The position numbers and the translations under genes are program-made. A stretch of DNA of 64,000 nt from Planctomycetota bacterium (GTDB taxonomy: Bacteria > Planctomycetota > Planctomycetia > Pirellulales > Lacipirellulaceae), in the NCBI GenBank assembly GCA_039820945.1, contig JBCBPC010000014.1:2182-66181 (forward strand), written 5' to 3'. Within the stretch, counting starts at the first letter, position 1, and the number at the start of each line of letters is the position of its first letter. Under the pieces are notes generated by a model. The model was not told the DNA's origin. It saw nothing but the letters and a program-made list of their open reading frames with translations, and ran no database searches. Shown piece after piece: positions 1-9,100 of this stretch.

Positions 1-2
1 CG

Positions 3-56
3 GACCTCTCCCTCGACAACCAGATGCTGAAGCATCTGCAGGAGGGAAACTGGTGA
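3..56 (+). CDS. IS3-family transposase OrfA, C-terminal fragment (...DLSLDNQMLKHLQEGNW*)
   Basis: The open frame runs from the window edge to TGA 54-56. The leucine-zipper-like tail is typical of IS3 OrfA. It ends 4 nt after the slippery heptamer G GGA AAC (44-50). Confidence 0.55.
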   Translation, partial: DLSLDNQMLKHLQEGNW

Positions 57-958
57 GCCCTTCCCGGAAGCGAGCGGCGGTCGAGGAGCTCAAGCGAGCG
101 TTCCCGGCATCCGAGCGGAGGGCGTGCCAAGCGATCGGCCAGCCGCGATCGAGTCAGTGATACCAAGCGAAGCCGCGCGGCGACGAGCCGCGGCTGATCA
201 AGCGGATGTTGCAGTTGGTGCGTCGGCGGCCACGGTTCGGCTACCGTCGCATCGCGACGCTGTTGAGGGCCGACGGCTTCGGCGCGAGCGAGTCGCGTAT
301 CCTGCGTCTGTGGAATAAGGAGGGCCTGAGAATGCCTCAGAAGAAGCGGAAAGGCGTTGCCAAGAATGGCTGCGACCGGCGTCGGGCGACGCACAAGAAC
401 CACGTCTGGGCGTGGGACTTCGTGTTCGACAAGACAGCGGGCGGCAGCCAGCTGAAGTGGCTGTCGATCGTCGATGAGCCCACCCGCGAGTGTCTCACTC
501 TGAAGTGCGATCGGAGCATCACGAGCGAGGACGTGATCGACACGCTGGCTGAGCTGTTCGCGATGCACGGCGTGCCCGAGCACATCCGGAGCGACAACGG
601 CCCGGAGTTCACCGCGAAGGCGATCCGCGAGTGGCTGGAACAACTCGACGTCGGGACGCTCTACATCGAGCCGGGCAGCCCGTGGCAGAACGGCTACGCC
701 GAATCGTTCCACAGCCGGCTACGCGACGAGTTCTTGGCGGTCGAGGAGTTCGAGTCGCTCGCCGCGGCTCGGCAGCTCACGGTTGCCTTGCGAGAGGACT
801 ACAACCACCACCGGCCGCACGGCTCGCTGGGGTACGTCGCCCCGGCCGAGTTCGCGGCCCGCTGCCCCGCTTCCGCTCCGAAGCCTGCTTCGGCTACGCC
901 TCAACAGGCTCCTCCGCTCCAGCAGGGCAGCGGCTTTACCCAACCCGCACCTTCATAG
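44..958 (+). pseudogene. IS3-family transposase OrfB (rve/DDE domain), entered by -1 frameshift and interrupted by an in-frame TGA at 158-160
   Basis: The -1 frame from 44 reads GKLVSPSRKRAAVEELKRAFPASERRACQAIGQPRSSQ*YQAKPRGDEPRLIKRMLQLVRRRPRFGYRRI... The stop sits where IS3 OrfB proteins normally read RS.QRY. The listed ORF 206-958 is the downstream remainder. Confidence 0.8.
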
Positions 959-1590
959 CGGGTGGTACAGGAATTCGAGGCTGGTCAATACCACTGACGA
1001 GATAGAGCAGAAGGTGGTTCAGTAGTATGTGCAGGTGTCCCCACGTTAGACCTCTTATGGCTGGTACGCGTAGCGATCACGCGTAGGGTAGGTGTCCATC
1101 ATCTGTAGCGATTCTGCGAAGCAGCTTTGTCTTGTTGCCCATGTACTCGTGGTCGTCGAAGGTGATTAGACCACTTGACAAGCTGCTTGATCGCCACTTC
1201 AAGCGCGGGAGCTCGCATGTGGAGCAACTCCCTGGCCTCTCTTCTACGCACTCTCTCCTCGCCCCGCGTCCTGAGCAGCTCCAGAAGCCGCTCGTGCGGT
1301 CTCGCCCCGCGGCAACGCCGGACTCCCCAGTATCACGGTCAGCGAGCGTTACGACCCACTGACGGCCAATCAGCGGGTCGTGAGGCTGCCCCTCGTCGAC
1401 CGCAAGGGTGTACTCGCCGCCATGCCACCCGGCGTCTCAAGCGAACGAGGTGTCCACTCGAATCGAGAAGCCGACTGCACGTGCACGAAACGATGCACGA
1501 AATGCAGCGAAACGGCGCCTGCTTAGCCACTCGGTGGACCCAATGCTCTCCGTAATCCCCGGGGAATCCGGTGCCATACCGGTCTGTCGA

Positions 1591-1637
1591 CTGCGTTCGG
1601 GACGCAGAGGTCGAAGGTTCAAATCCTTTCAGCCCGA
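1591..1637 (+). tRNA. tRNA 3'-end-like fragment (long variable-arm hairpin + T-arm + 3' acceptor strand); not a complete tRNA
   Basis: Hairpin ctgcgt-tcggg-acgcag (1591-1607). T-arm gaagg-TTCAAAT-ccttt (1613-1629) with the canonical GGTTCAAATCC. Then 7 nt cagcccg plus a discriminator a. No matching 5' acceptor strand, D-arm or anticodon arm lies upstream, and there is no CCA. Confidence 0.35.
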
Positions 1638-1886
1638 CTGGTTTCTTGGCGGTCTCCGCTTGGCTGTCGCCAAGACCTCGCCACGCGATTGTACAACGCC
1701 CTCGGTTTGTCGGGCGTCCTGGTCTCAGAGCGGAGCCCGGCGACGCCGTGGTTTCGCTGACGGTCCCCCCGGCGGGTGATTTGAATGTGAGCCTCACGGG
1801 CGTCGGGCGGAGGATGGCTTCGATCTGGTCATCGTTGCCGACGTGCCGCACGTGAGGCCGTTTGGCGACGCGATCGACCAACGCGT

Positions 1887-4433
1887 CTAACCCCCGGGAT
1901 CGGACGCGACACGCGGTGTTGAAGCGTCGACTCTAAGACGTGTCGGCTCCAGGCCTTCGGCAACGGCGATCACCTCGCACGGGCGATCCGAGTCCGGCAG
2001 GCGGACGACCGCCAAGGCGTGCCCGCGGTACGTCGGGCAGCGGGGGTTGGTGTAGGCGTCGGTGTAACACGGGTTGCCGTTGCCCACGGCGAGCAACTCG
2101 GCCCCTCCCGTCGTTGAGAAGGTGATCGGGCGATCCGCCGACGGCTGCGTTCGCCCGCGCTTGTCGATGAGCCGCACCCGGATGAATTGAACGCTGGAAT
2201 CTTTGGGATACGCCGCGGGCTCCATGCTTAGCGCGACGGCCGCCGCGGGACCGGCGGTCGAGAGCACCATCCGCTCGCGAACCGTTCCCTGTTCATCGAT
2301 CCCGGCCACGGACAGCTCGCCCGGCTGGTACGCGACCCTACACTCCCCGCGGAACTCCGACTCCCGAGAGACGTTCAGACGCTGAACCTCACGCCCGTTG
2401 TGAGAGACCGACACCAGCGGCCAGCGGCTCGCGACGAGCACGCGTAGCGGGGCGCCGGGCGGGACGTCCCACGTCCAGTGCGCGGCGGCCGGCTGCGTGG
2501 CCCACTGCGAGAGCCCCCAGTCGCCGCGTTCGTGCGGTTCGGCCACCGCGGCGTAGAGCTTGGCGCCACGGTCCCAGACAATCTGGCGGAAGTGCGAAAC
2601 CGGCCGCCGATGGCCGATGAGGTCGATGTCGCCGCAGACAGCGGCTCGGAAGGGGAAGTGCGACCCCTCCCAGTGGCCGCGCGGCTTCTCGCCCGGCGGG
2701 AACGCGCGACCGATGCCCGCCTCGCCCAGGTAGTCGATCGCCGACCAGACGAAGTCGCCCACCGAGCGGGGGTCGGAGTGCGTGGCCCGCCAGCTCTTGA
2801 ACGCGTCGGCTGGGTAAGACTCGCTGGAGACGATCACCCGATCGGGGAACCGCCGAACGTCTTCCTCGATGCGGTCGGTCTCGTAGTTGTAGCCGGCGAT
2901 ATCGAGCGTTTCGATCAACGGCTGGACGACATCCCAGTCGCGCCCGTCGAAGACCTTGTTGACGCCGGCGGTGATCGGCCGCGACGGATCGTGCTCTCGC
3001 ACCGTCGCGATCAGGCGCCGGGCGATCGCCGCGCCTTCCGGATCGCCGCGCTCCTCGACCTCGTTGCCGATGCTCCACATCAGCACGCAGGGCCGACCGC
3101 GGTCTCGCGTGATCGTGGCCACGAGATCGCTCCGGGAGTGCTCGTCGAACGAGGGCCCGTAGTCGTTGGCCACCTTCGGCGTCCGCCAGTTGTCGAACGC
3201 CTCGTCCATGACCCACATGCCAAGCGTGTCGCACGCGTCGAGGAGCGCCCGCGACGACGGGTTGTGAGCAACGCGAATCGCGTTGAAGCCGGCTTCTTTG
3301 AGCAGACGCACGCGGCGCCACTCGGCCTCGTTGTACGCCGCGGCGCCCAGCGGGCCGTGGTCGTGATGAACATTGCCGCCGAACAGCTTGAGCGGCTCGC
3401 CGTTGACGAGCAGCCCCTTCCGCGGCGAGACCTCAATCGTCCGCAGCCCGCACGCCGATTCCCAACGGTCGATCCGCTCTCGGCGTTTGTTTAGCTGGTC
3501 GTGCTTGTCGGTCGGGCGGAGATCGACGACCAATCGGTAGAGGTAGGGAGTCTCCGTGGACCACGCGCGGGGTTTCGCCACCCGAAGCGTCACTGAGAAC
3601 GTGGAACTCTCTTGGCCGTCAACAACAACGTCGGCGGTCTGCTGCGCGACCTGGGCGCCGCTCTCGTCGAGAAGCCGGACGGTTGCTTCCGCGGCCACTC
3701 GGGCGTCGGTAGTGTTCGCCACCGTCGCGCGGACGAAAACCTCGGCCGTGTTCTCGGTTAGTTCACGCGTCTCCAACCACGCGTCGGCGACATGCATGGC
3801 CGGGTGGGAATGCAGCCAGACCGGACGGTAAACTCCCGAGCCGGTGTACCAACGGCTGTTCGGCTGATGCGAGTTGTCAACGCGTACCACGAGCCGGTGC
3901 TCTCGGTCGTCCGATAGTTGATCGGTGACTTCTAACGAGAACGGCGTGTAGCCGTAGCGGTGGCGCCCGATGAGCACCCCATCAAGGTAAACCTCGGAGC
4001 GCTCGAACACGCCTCCGAACTCGACACGGTAGCGTCGGCCGTCCGTGTGGTCGGCGGGGCGGCGGAGAGTTCGTCGGTACCAGCCGACGCCTGTCTGAGC
4101 GAAGCCGCCGCCGCCCAGCGACGGCGCGTTCTCAACAGTCGGCAGCTCGATGCTCCAGTCGTGCGGGATCGTGACGTCGCGCCATTCGCTTGAAGCGGGA
4201 TCGAACGCTTCTTGCTGCGCCATGTCCCCGCGGCGGAACTGCCACCCCTGGCACAGAGACGACCGCTCACCGGCGTGAGCCGTGTGACTGAATAGCGCCG
4301 CGCACGCCGCCAGGGCGACAACGCACCGCCATCGTCGCAGCGACTTCGCGCCTGAACATGAGCGGGGGACCGCCGACCCGAGATGGGCGATATCGGCGGC
4401 CCCCGCTACTCCCCCCTCGTTAACGCCGGCCAT
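1887..4433 (-). CDS. glycoside hydrolase family 2 (beta-galactosidase/beta-glucuronidase-like), secreted
   Basis: Motifs WRDVTIPHDWSIE, GVFERSEVYLDGVLIGRHRYGYTPF, NAIRVAHNPSS...MWVMDEAFDNW and WSIGNEV. Hydrophobic leader ...VVALAACAALFSHTAHA. The true start may be internal. Confidence 0.85.
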   Translation of the reverse strand: MAGVNEGGVAGAADIAHLGSAVPRSCSGAKSLRRWRCVVALAACAALFSHTAHAGERSSLCQGWQFRRGDMAQQEAFDPASSEWRDVTIPHDWSIELPTVENAPSLGGGGFAQTGVGWYRRTLRRPADHTDGRRYRVEFGGVFERSEVYLDGVLIGRHRYGYTPFSLEVTDQLSDDREHRLVVRVDNSHQPNSRWYTGSGVYRPVWLHSHPAMHVADAWLETRELTENTAEVFVRATVANTTDARVAAEATVRLLDESGAQVAQQTADVVVDGQESSTFSVTLRVAKPRAWSTETPYLYRLVVDLRPTDKHDQLNKRRERIDRWESACGLRTIEVSPRKGLLVNGEPLKLFGGNVHHDHGPLGAAAYNEAEWRRVRLLKEAGFNAIRVAHNPSSRALLDACDTLGMWVMDEAFDNWRTPKVANDYGPSFDEHSRSDLVATITRDRGRPCVLMWSIGNEVEERGDPEGAAIARRLIATVREHDPSRPITAGVNKVFDGRDWDVVQPLIETLDIAGYNYETDRIEEDVRRFPDRVIVSSESYPADAFKSWRATHSDPRSVGDFVWSAIDYLGEAGIGRAFPPGEKPRGHWEGSHFPFRAAVCGDIDLIGHRRPVSHFRQIVWDRGAKLYAAVAEPHERGDWGLSQWATQPAAAHWTWDVPPGAPLRVLVASRWPLVSVSHNGREVQRLNVSRESEFRGECRVAYQPGELSVAGIDEQGTVRERMVLSTAGPAAAVALSMEPAAYPKDSSVQFIRVRLIDKRGRTQPSADRPITFSTTGGAELLAVGNGNPCYTDAYTNPRCPTYRGHALAVVRLPDSDRPCEVIAVAEGLEPTRLRVDASTPRVASDPGG

Positions 4434-5121
4434 GGCTCCCCACGAAGCTCAGCGCGGCGATGAATGCGACCGCTAACGATCCTGGCTCGGGGATCACGTC
4501 GACGACCTTCAGGTCATCGACGATCAGCTCCATCGTGCGGACCGTGAACGCCTGCGACTGGTCGATGAGGTTGACGTTGTACTGAATCGGCCCGCCGCCG
4601 TAGACGAAGTCGACGCTGAACGACTGCGTCTGCCCGATCAGGCTCGGGTCGGCCGCGGTGCTGAAGCTGCCGACAGGGAATTGTTCGAACGTCACGAAGA
4701 ACGGCCCCGAGTTTTGGATCTGCAGCTCGTAGAAGGTGTCGGCCGACAGCGGCGTGATGCTGCCGGTGGCCGTGTAGGTCTGCCCCTGCACCATCCCGGG
4801 CAGCGGCTGGCCGTTGTCCGGCTGCACGCCCGAGCTCGGGAGCTCTACTGCCCGTGTGAAGCCGTTCACCAGGGCATCGACCGTCGCGTCAATCTTCAGC
4901 GCCTGCGCCCCGTCGGTAACACCTTGCCCGGTCACAATCTCGAAGGCCGCGCTCTGGCCGGCGGCCTGCGGGTTGTATTGCCACTCGGTGGGCGGGCCGC
5001 CGAGCACGCCGACCGCGTCCGCTTCGAACGATGGGTTGCTGTTCAAGAGCGACGCGTCGGCCGCGGAGCCCGCGACGAGCGCCGCGGCGATCGCCACGGG
5101 ACAGAAGAGTTTCCGGGTCAT
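4420..5121 (-). CDS. PEP-CTERM-anchored secreted protein with a CBM-like domain
   Basis: Signal peptide MTRKLFCPVAIAAALVAGSAADA. NPSFE-type start of a jelly-roll-like domain. C-terminal VIPEPGSLAVAFIAALSFVGSHGRR. Confidence 0.7.
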   Translation of the reverse strand: MTRKLFCPVAIAAALVAGSAADASLLNSNPSFEADAVGVLGGPPTEWQYNPQAAGQSAAFEIVTGQGVTDGAQALKIDATVDALVNGFTRAVELPSSGVQPDNGQPLPGMVQGQTYTATGSITPLSADTFYELQIQNSGPFFVTFEQFPVGSFSTAADPSLIGQTQSFSVDFVYGGGPIQYNVNLIDQSQAFTVRTMELIVDDLKVVDVIPEPGSLAVAFIAALSFVGSHGRR

Positions 5122-5132
5122 TGGTTCAAGCC

Positions 5133-7853
5133 TCAGAAGGTGGTGTGGCGTCCCGATCGCGGTGAGACGTCGGGACGAGCGGAAAAGCCAAATCGCGAGC
5201 GCCTCTTCTCGCCTCGGCTGGTGCTCTGGTCGGTGGATGCTTCGTCGTAGGGAGATGCTTCTTTGATGGTGGCTTCGTCGGCGGTGGCCGCGTCGTCGAG
5301 CGACGCCAACGCCTCGTCGAGCAGGGCACGCCGCATGGCGCGGAGCCGCTCGCCGCCGCCGCGGGCGGCCTGTCGCTCAACGCCGCGTGACCCCTCGTCG
5401 GTGGAGGTTGCGTTGTCTGCCGCGATCGCCAACGCGAACGATGTCACGACCGGCGTTTCGGCGGTTTCCTCAGCCGACGCCGCCGCATCGGTCGTGTTGA
5501 CAGGAGCGGTGGTAGCCAACGCCGACGCCGTCACCGGGGCGGGCTGGTAAGCGTCACGCCACACGGAGTAGTCCGCGGCGTTGACGACCCCGTCTCCGTT
5601 GCCGTCGGCGCCCGTGCCCGGCGCCACGGCCTGCCCGAACGTGGTGACCCACGTTTGGTAGTCGGTCTCGGTCACCAGTCCGTCGAGGTCGTAGTCGCCG
5701 GCGATCGGGGCCGCGGCCGGTGCGCTCCGCGCCACACCGCGGCCGTTCGTGCCGATGTAGACCACGCCGTAGCGATCGGGGTCGGCCGTCATCACCTGCG
5801 GCGAGTTGGCGATGCCGCTCTCGCTCGTGCCGATGCGCTCCCACGTGGCGCCCTCGTCGTTGGAGCGGTAGACGCCACGGCCCGCGTCTCCGTTCGCCCG
5901 GCCGTAGAGATACACGGCTTCGTAGTCAGCGCCGGGCGCCGCCTTGCCGACGGCCACCATGGTGGCCTCTTGCACGTCGGCCATCGTCTGCCAGTTCGAG
6001 CCGCCGTCCGTGCTCCGCAGCAACCCGGCGCCCTCGATCGCAAGCCACAGGTGCCCCGCCCGGCCGGGCGTCGACGACAGGTCGAACGTGCCCTGCGGCA
6101 GCGGCAGGTCGCGGTTGGCGACCAGCCAGGTCTGGCCGCCGTTGACGCTGCGGTACAGCCGGCCGTCGCCCCGGCTGTACAGATAGAAGTGGTCGTTGGC
6201 CGCGCCGTCTCCCGTGAGGGGGTAGATGTAGTTCCATACGAAGTCCGTCTCGAGCCCGAGCTGATCGGACGAGGGCGCCCCCACCGCCGCGGCGAAGGTC
6301 TGCCCGCCGTCGGTGCTGTAGCGGACGCCGCCGTGCGACGTCGCCACCACCAGCCGATCCGCGCTGGTGTGGCTGACCGCGATGCGGCCGTAGCCCCAAG
6401 TGGGGTCGTAACCGGACGACAGGGCCCATTGCCCGGCGGTGGCGTCCCACCGAGCGAAGCCCCCCTCGAGCGACGCGCGGTTGAAGCTGTTCTTGTCCAT
6501 GCCGACCAAGTACTGCCGGTCGGGGTCCGCGTCGGACACGCCGATGCCGGTGATGTCGATCAGCGACGGAGCGCCACCCTTCAGCGTAGAGAACGCCGGG
6601 TTCACCGTCGTGTCGGTGTGCCGGAAGCCGCCTACGTCGGCGTAGCCGGTGAGAACCTGGATCCCCTCCGTGTTAGTCGAACGGGGCACCGCCAACGCGT
6701 TAGCAACCACCTCCACGTGGCCGGTGGCGTTCGGGTTGGACCAGTTGACCGTGGAGGCCGTGATGTCCGACGTCTCCCACAAGCTGTACCAGTCCGTGAA
6801 GTGGACGCGGTTTGGGTCGACCGGGTCCCACTCGAAGTCGGAGATCGACGAGCCGGGGAACTCCTCCGGCATCCACTGGATCGACTGCTGCACCGTCGAG
6901 TTGAGCGCCGTCCACGAGTCGCCCGCATCCGTGCTCATCACGATCGTGCCCAGACGGTCGTACCCGCCGCGGGAGGTGATCAGCGTGTCGTCGTCGTGCG
7001 GGCTGAAGTCGATCGTGTAGTGCGGACCCGGGATCGGCAGCGACAGGTTGGACCAGCTCGACGAGGACGCGGGGTTGTCGAGCCGCACCACGCCCGTCTC
7101 GGTCGCGACCACCAAGTGCTGCCCGTCGCGCGACAGCTCCATGTCGTTCATGCTCGTCGGGCTACCGGCGATCAGCACGAAGCTGTTGCTGATGCCGAAC
7201 GTGCTGCGGTACACCCCCTTGCCGTCCACCGCCACGTACACGTTGTTCGGCGTGGTCGGGTCGAAAACGATCGCCTGGATGCGGTCGTTGTCGTCGGAGC
7301 CGATGCTGGTGATGCGGACCGTGTTGCCGGTCGAGCGGATGTGGCGGTACGCCCCGTCGCCGTAGCTGCCGATGATCAGCTGATCGGGGTTGTGGGGGTT
7401 GAACGCGAGCCGCGTCCCCCATCGGCCGGGGCCGTTGTTGGCGTCGTAGGTGAGATCGAGGCCGAGGTCCTGCCACGTCTCGCCGGAGTCCTCGCTGTAG
7501 AAGACGCCGCTCTCGTCCGACCAGAAGTACTTGCCCAGCGCTGCGTACAGGACCGATGTGTCGGTGGGGTGCAGCGCGAGGCCGGCCACGCCGTACATGT
7601 CGTCTTGCTCCGGCGGGATCCAGTCCATGACCTGCGTCATGCGGCCGGCAGCCTCATCGACGCGGTACATGCCCCCCACGTCGGTACGGGCCCAGATGAC
7701 CTCGGGGTCGGCCGGGTGGACGTGGACCGCGCTGATGTAGCCGCCGCCGGTCACCTCGACGTTCGACCAGCTGACCGACAGCAGGTCGCGCCGCTCGAGC
7801 GGCTCGAGCCGCGGCCGCTTGCCGGCCACGGCCCGCCTGTTGGTGCGCTTCAT
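5133..7853 (-). CDS. Asp-box (BNR) repeat beta-propeller protein, putative exo-glycosidase, with C-terminal dockerin-like repeats
   Basis: Six SxDxGxTW-like boxes (SEDSGETW, STDAGDSW, STDGGQTF, SVNGGQTW, STDGGSNW, SNDEGATW). Leader MKRTNRR...LEPLERRDLLS. Repeats GDYDLDGLVTETDYQTW and GNGDGVVNAADYSVWRD. GGAGG lies 6 nt upstream of ATG 7853. The longer ORF to 8111 would overlap the upstream gene. Confidence 0.8.
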   Translation of the reverse strand: MKRTNRRAVAGKRPRLEPLERRDLLSVSWSNVEVTGGGYISAVHVHPADPEVIWARTDVGGMYRVDEAAGRMTQVMDWIPPEQDDMYGVAGLALHPTDTSVLYAALGKYFWSDESGVFYSEDSGETWQDLGLDLTYDANNGPGRWGTRLAFNPHNPDQLIIGSYGDGAYRHIRSTGNTVRITSIGSDDNDRIQAIVFDPTTPNNVYVAVDGKGVYRSTFGISNSFVLIAGSPTSMNDMELSRDGQHLVVATETGVVRLDNPASSSSWSNLSLPIPGPHYTIDFSPHDDDTLITSRGGYDRLGTIVMSTDAGDSWTALNSTVQQSIQWMPEEFPGSSISDFEWDPVDPNRVHFTDWYSLWETSDITASTVNWSNPNATGHVEVVANALAVPRSTNTEGIQVLTGYADVGGFRHTDTTVNPAFSTLKGGAPSLIDITGIGVSDADPDRQYLVGMDKNSFNRASLEGGFARWDATAGQWALSSGYDPTWGYGRIAVSHTSADRLVVATSHGGVRYSTDGGQTFAAAVGAPSSDQLGLETDFVWNYIYPLTGDGAANDHFYLYSRGDGRLYRSVNGGQTWLVANRDLPLPQGTFDLSSTPGRAGHLWLAIEGAGLLRSTDGGSNWQTMADVQEATMVAVGKAAPGADYEAVYLYGRANGDAGRGVYRSNDEGATWERIGTSESGIANSPQVMTADPDRYGVVYIGTNGRGVARSAPAAAPIAGDYDLDGLVTETDYQTWVTTFGQAVAPGTGADGNGDGVVNAADYSVWRDAYQPAPVTASALATTAPVNTTDAAASAEETAETPVVTSFALAIAADNATSTDEGSRGVERQAARGGGERLRAMRRALLDEALASLDDAATADEATIKEASPYDEASTDQSTSRGEKRRSRFGFSARPDVSPRSGRHTTF

Positions 7854-7899
7854 CGTTTGCCTCCGCCTGTGCCTGTTCCGGGGGTCGACCACGCGTCGC

Positions 7900-9003
7900 T
7901 CAGAAGGGCGAGTCGTTGAGGACCTCGCCGTCGGCTCGAGCGCCGAGGTACTGGTAGGTCCAGCGGTCGATGTCGTCGTTGATGAAGTGCACAGAAGCGT
8001 CGCCAAGCAGAAAGTTGCCACCGCCCGGATGGGGCGACTTGAAGCCCATCTCCGTGGTCCAGTTCCGGTACAGCTCGCAGGGCAAAGCGGGATCCGTGCT
8101 GCGGGTTTCATAGTTGATAGGCACCGTGGTGGAGACGAGACCCTGACCGTTGTTCGCCGTTGCCCAACCTTGGCGAGCGTGGACCGACATCTCCGGCCGG
8201 ACCTCGCCGAAGAAGATCGTTTTCGACAGACCGTCTGTCACTTGAGAGAGCTTCACCGACCAGTGCTGCTTCACCTTGTACGTGGTCTTGGACGGTCCCA
8301 TGGTGGGGTCTTCCGGCTTGCGGATGTAGCGAGAGAACGGGCTGTTGGGTGGCACCACGTCCTCGGGGTTCATCTGCAGCGCGAACTGGTTCATCTCATC
8401 CACTTCCTGCCCGCAGGTGTTTCCGTCCTGGCCGTCCTCAAGGCGGACCGACCCGGCACTGGCCGCGTAGTTGTGGAACTTTCGACCATCCACGTCGAAG
8501 GCGGGATCGAACGTCGTCTCCGCGGACTCGGGGTAATTGTCGCTCGGGCACTGGTAGACCGTCACCCGCGCGGTATCGAGCCTCTGGCCGCCGCCCAGGG
8601 TTGGTAGGGCGGCGCTAATCCCAGTGGGGTCGTCCCAGTCGATGTTGTCGTGAAGTGTCTGCTCCTCGACGTACGGCAGCAGCCGCATCAGGATGTTGCC
8701 CTGGTTGTACTGCGAGATCCACCAGTCGATCTCACCCTCGCCACGGTCTTGGACGTGGTAGTACGACCCCGCCGGCGGAAGCTGGCCGTAGGTCGCCTCA
8801 AAGTTCATCACCGCCAGGCCGATCTGCTTGAGGTGATTCACGCACTGAGAGCGGCGGGCCGCCTCACGCGCCGCCTGCACCGCCGGCAACAACAGGGCCA
8901 CCAAGATGCCGATGATGGCGATCACCACCAGCAGCTCGACGAGCGTGAACGCCTTAGCGGTCGTGCTGTGTCGCCTCAGCGATGGAAGAGTAGAACGAAT
9001 CAT
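7900..9003 (-). CDS. DUF1559 (H-X9-DG) protein with prepilin-type N-terminal cleavage/methylation domain
   Basis: [46 protein letters not shown] at the N-terminus. HPGGGNFLLGDASVHFINDDID at the C-terminus. Confidence 0.9.
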   Translation of the reverse strand: MIRSTLPSLRRHSTTAKAFTLVELLVVIAIIGILVALLLPAVQAAREAARRSQCVNHLKQIGLAVMNFEATYGQLPPAGSYYHVQDRGEGEIDWWISQYNQGNILMRLLPYVEEQTLHDNIDWDDPTGISAALPTLGGGQRLDTARVTVYQCPSDNYPESAETTFDPAFDVDGRKFHNYAASAGSVRLEDGQDGNTCGQEVDEMNQFALQMNPEDVVPPNSPFSRYIRKPEDPTMGPSKTTYKVKQHWSVKLSQVTDGLSKTIFFGEVRPEMSVHARQGWATANNGQGLVSTTVPINYETRSTDPALPCELYRNWTTEMGFKSPHPGGGNFLLGDASVHFINDDIDRWTYQYLGARADGEVLNDSPF

Positions 9004-9100
9004 CGCGACGCTCCTTCAGTCGAATAGAGGCCGCCGAGCCGGTGGGTCGTCGTCGGATCGACGGGGTGTCACGGCGTGTGGGCCGCGGGTGAAAAGGGTT

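Larger units (their letters stand above)
1..1010 (+). mobile_element. IS3-family insertion sequence, 3' part (left end lies upstream of the window; right boundary approximate)
   Basis: OrfA tail followed by a -1 frame OrfB with a DDE integrase core (WAWDFVF, SDNGPEF, YAESFHSRLRDE). The terminal inverted repeat cannot be fixed without the left end. Confidence 0.7.

Noticed and set aside
1339-1881. 180-aa minus-strand ORF and the overlapping 123- and 126-aa plus-strand ORFs
   Set aside because: They overlap one another, have Arg/Pro/Ser-rich compositions and no motifs. One merely translates the tRNA-like T-arm (EVEGSNPFSPT). The region is treated as non-coding.
5655-7919. 754-aa plus-strand ORF
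   Set aside because: It is antisense to the Asp-box propeller gene. The translation is Arg/Val/Gly/His-rich with no motifs, a typical shadow ORF in GC-rich DNA.
7854-8111. N-terminal extension of the Asp-box protein ORF
   Set aside because: It overlaps the 3' end of the DUF1559 gene. ATG 7853 has a GGAGG upstream and begins a typical planctomycetal leader.
8872-8951. 80-nt stretch 95% identical (76/80) to 29101-29180, considered as a dispersed mobile repeat
   Set aside because: Both copies encode the invariant prepilin-type N-terminus ([27 protein letters not shown]) of two DUF1559 paralogues. Identity ends with the domain, so this is paralogue conservation and not a mobile element.
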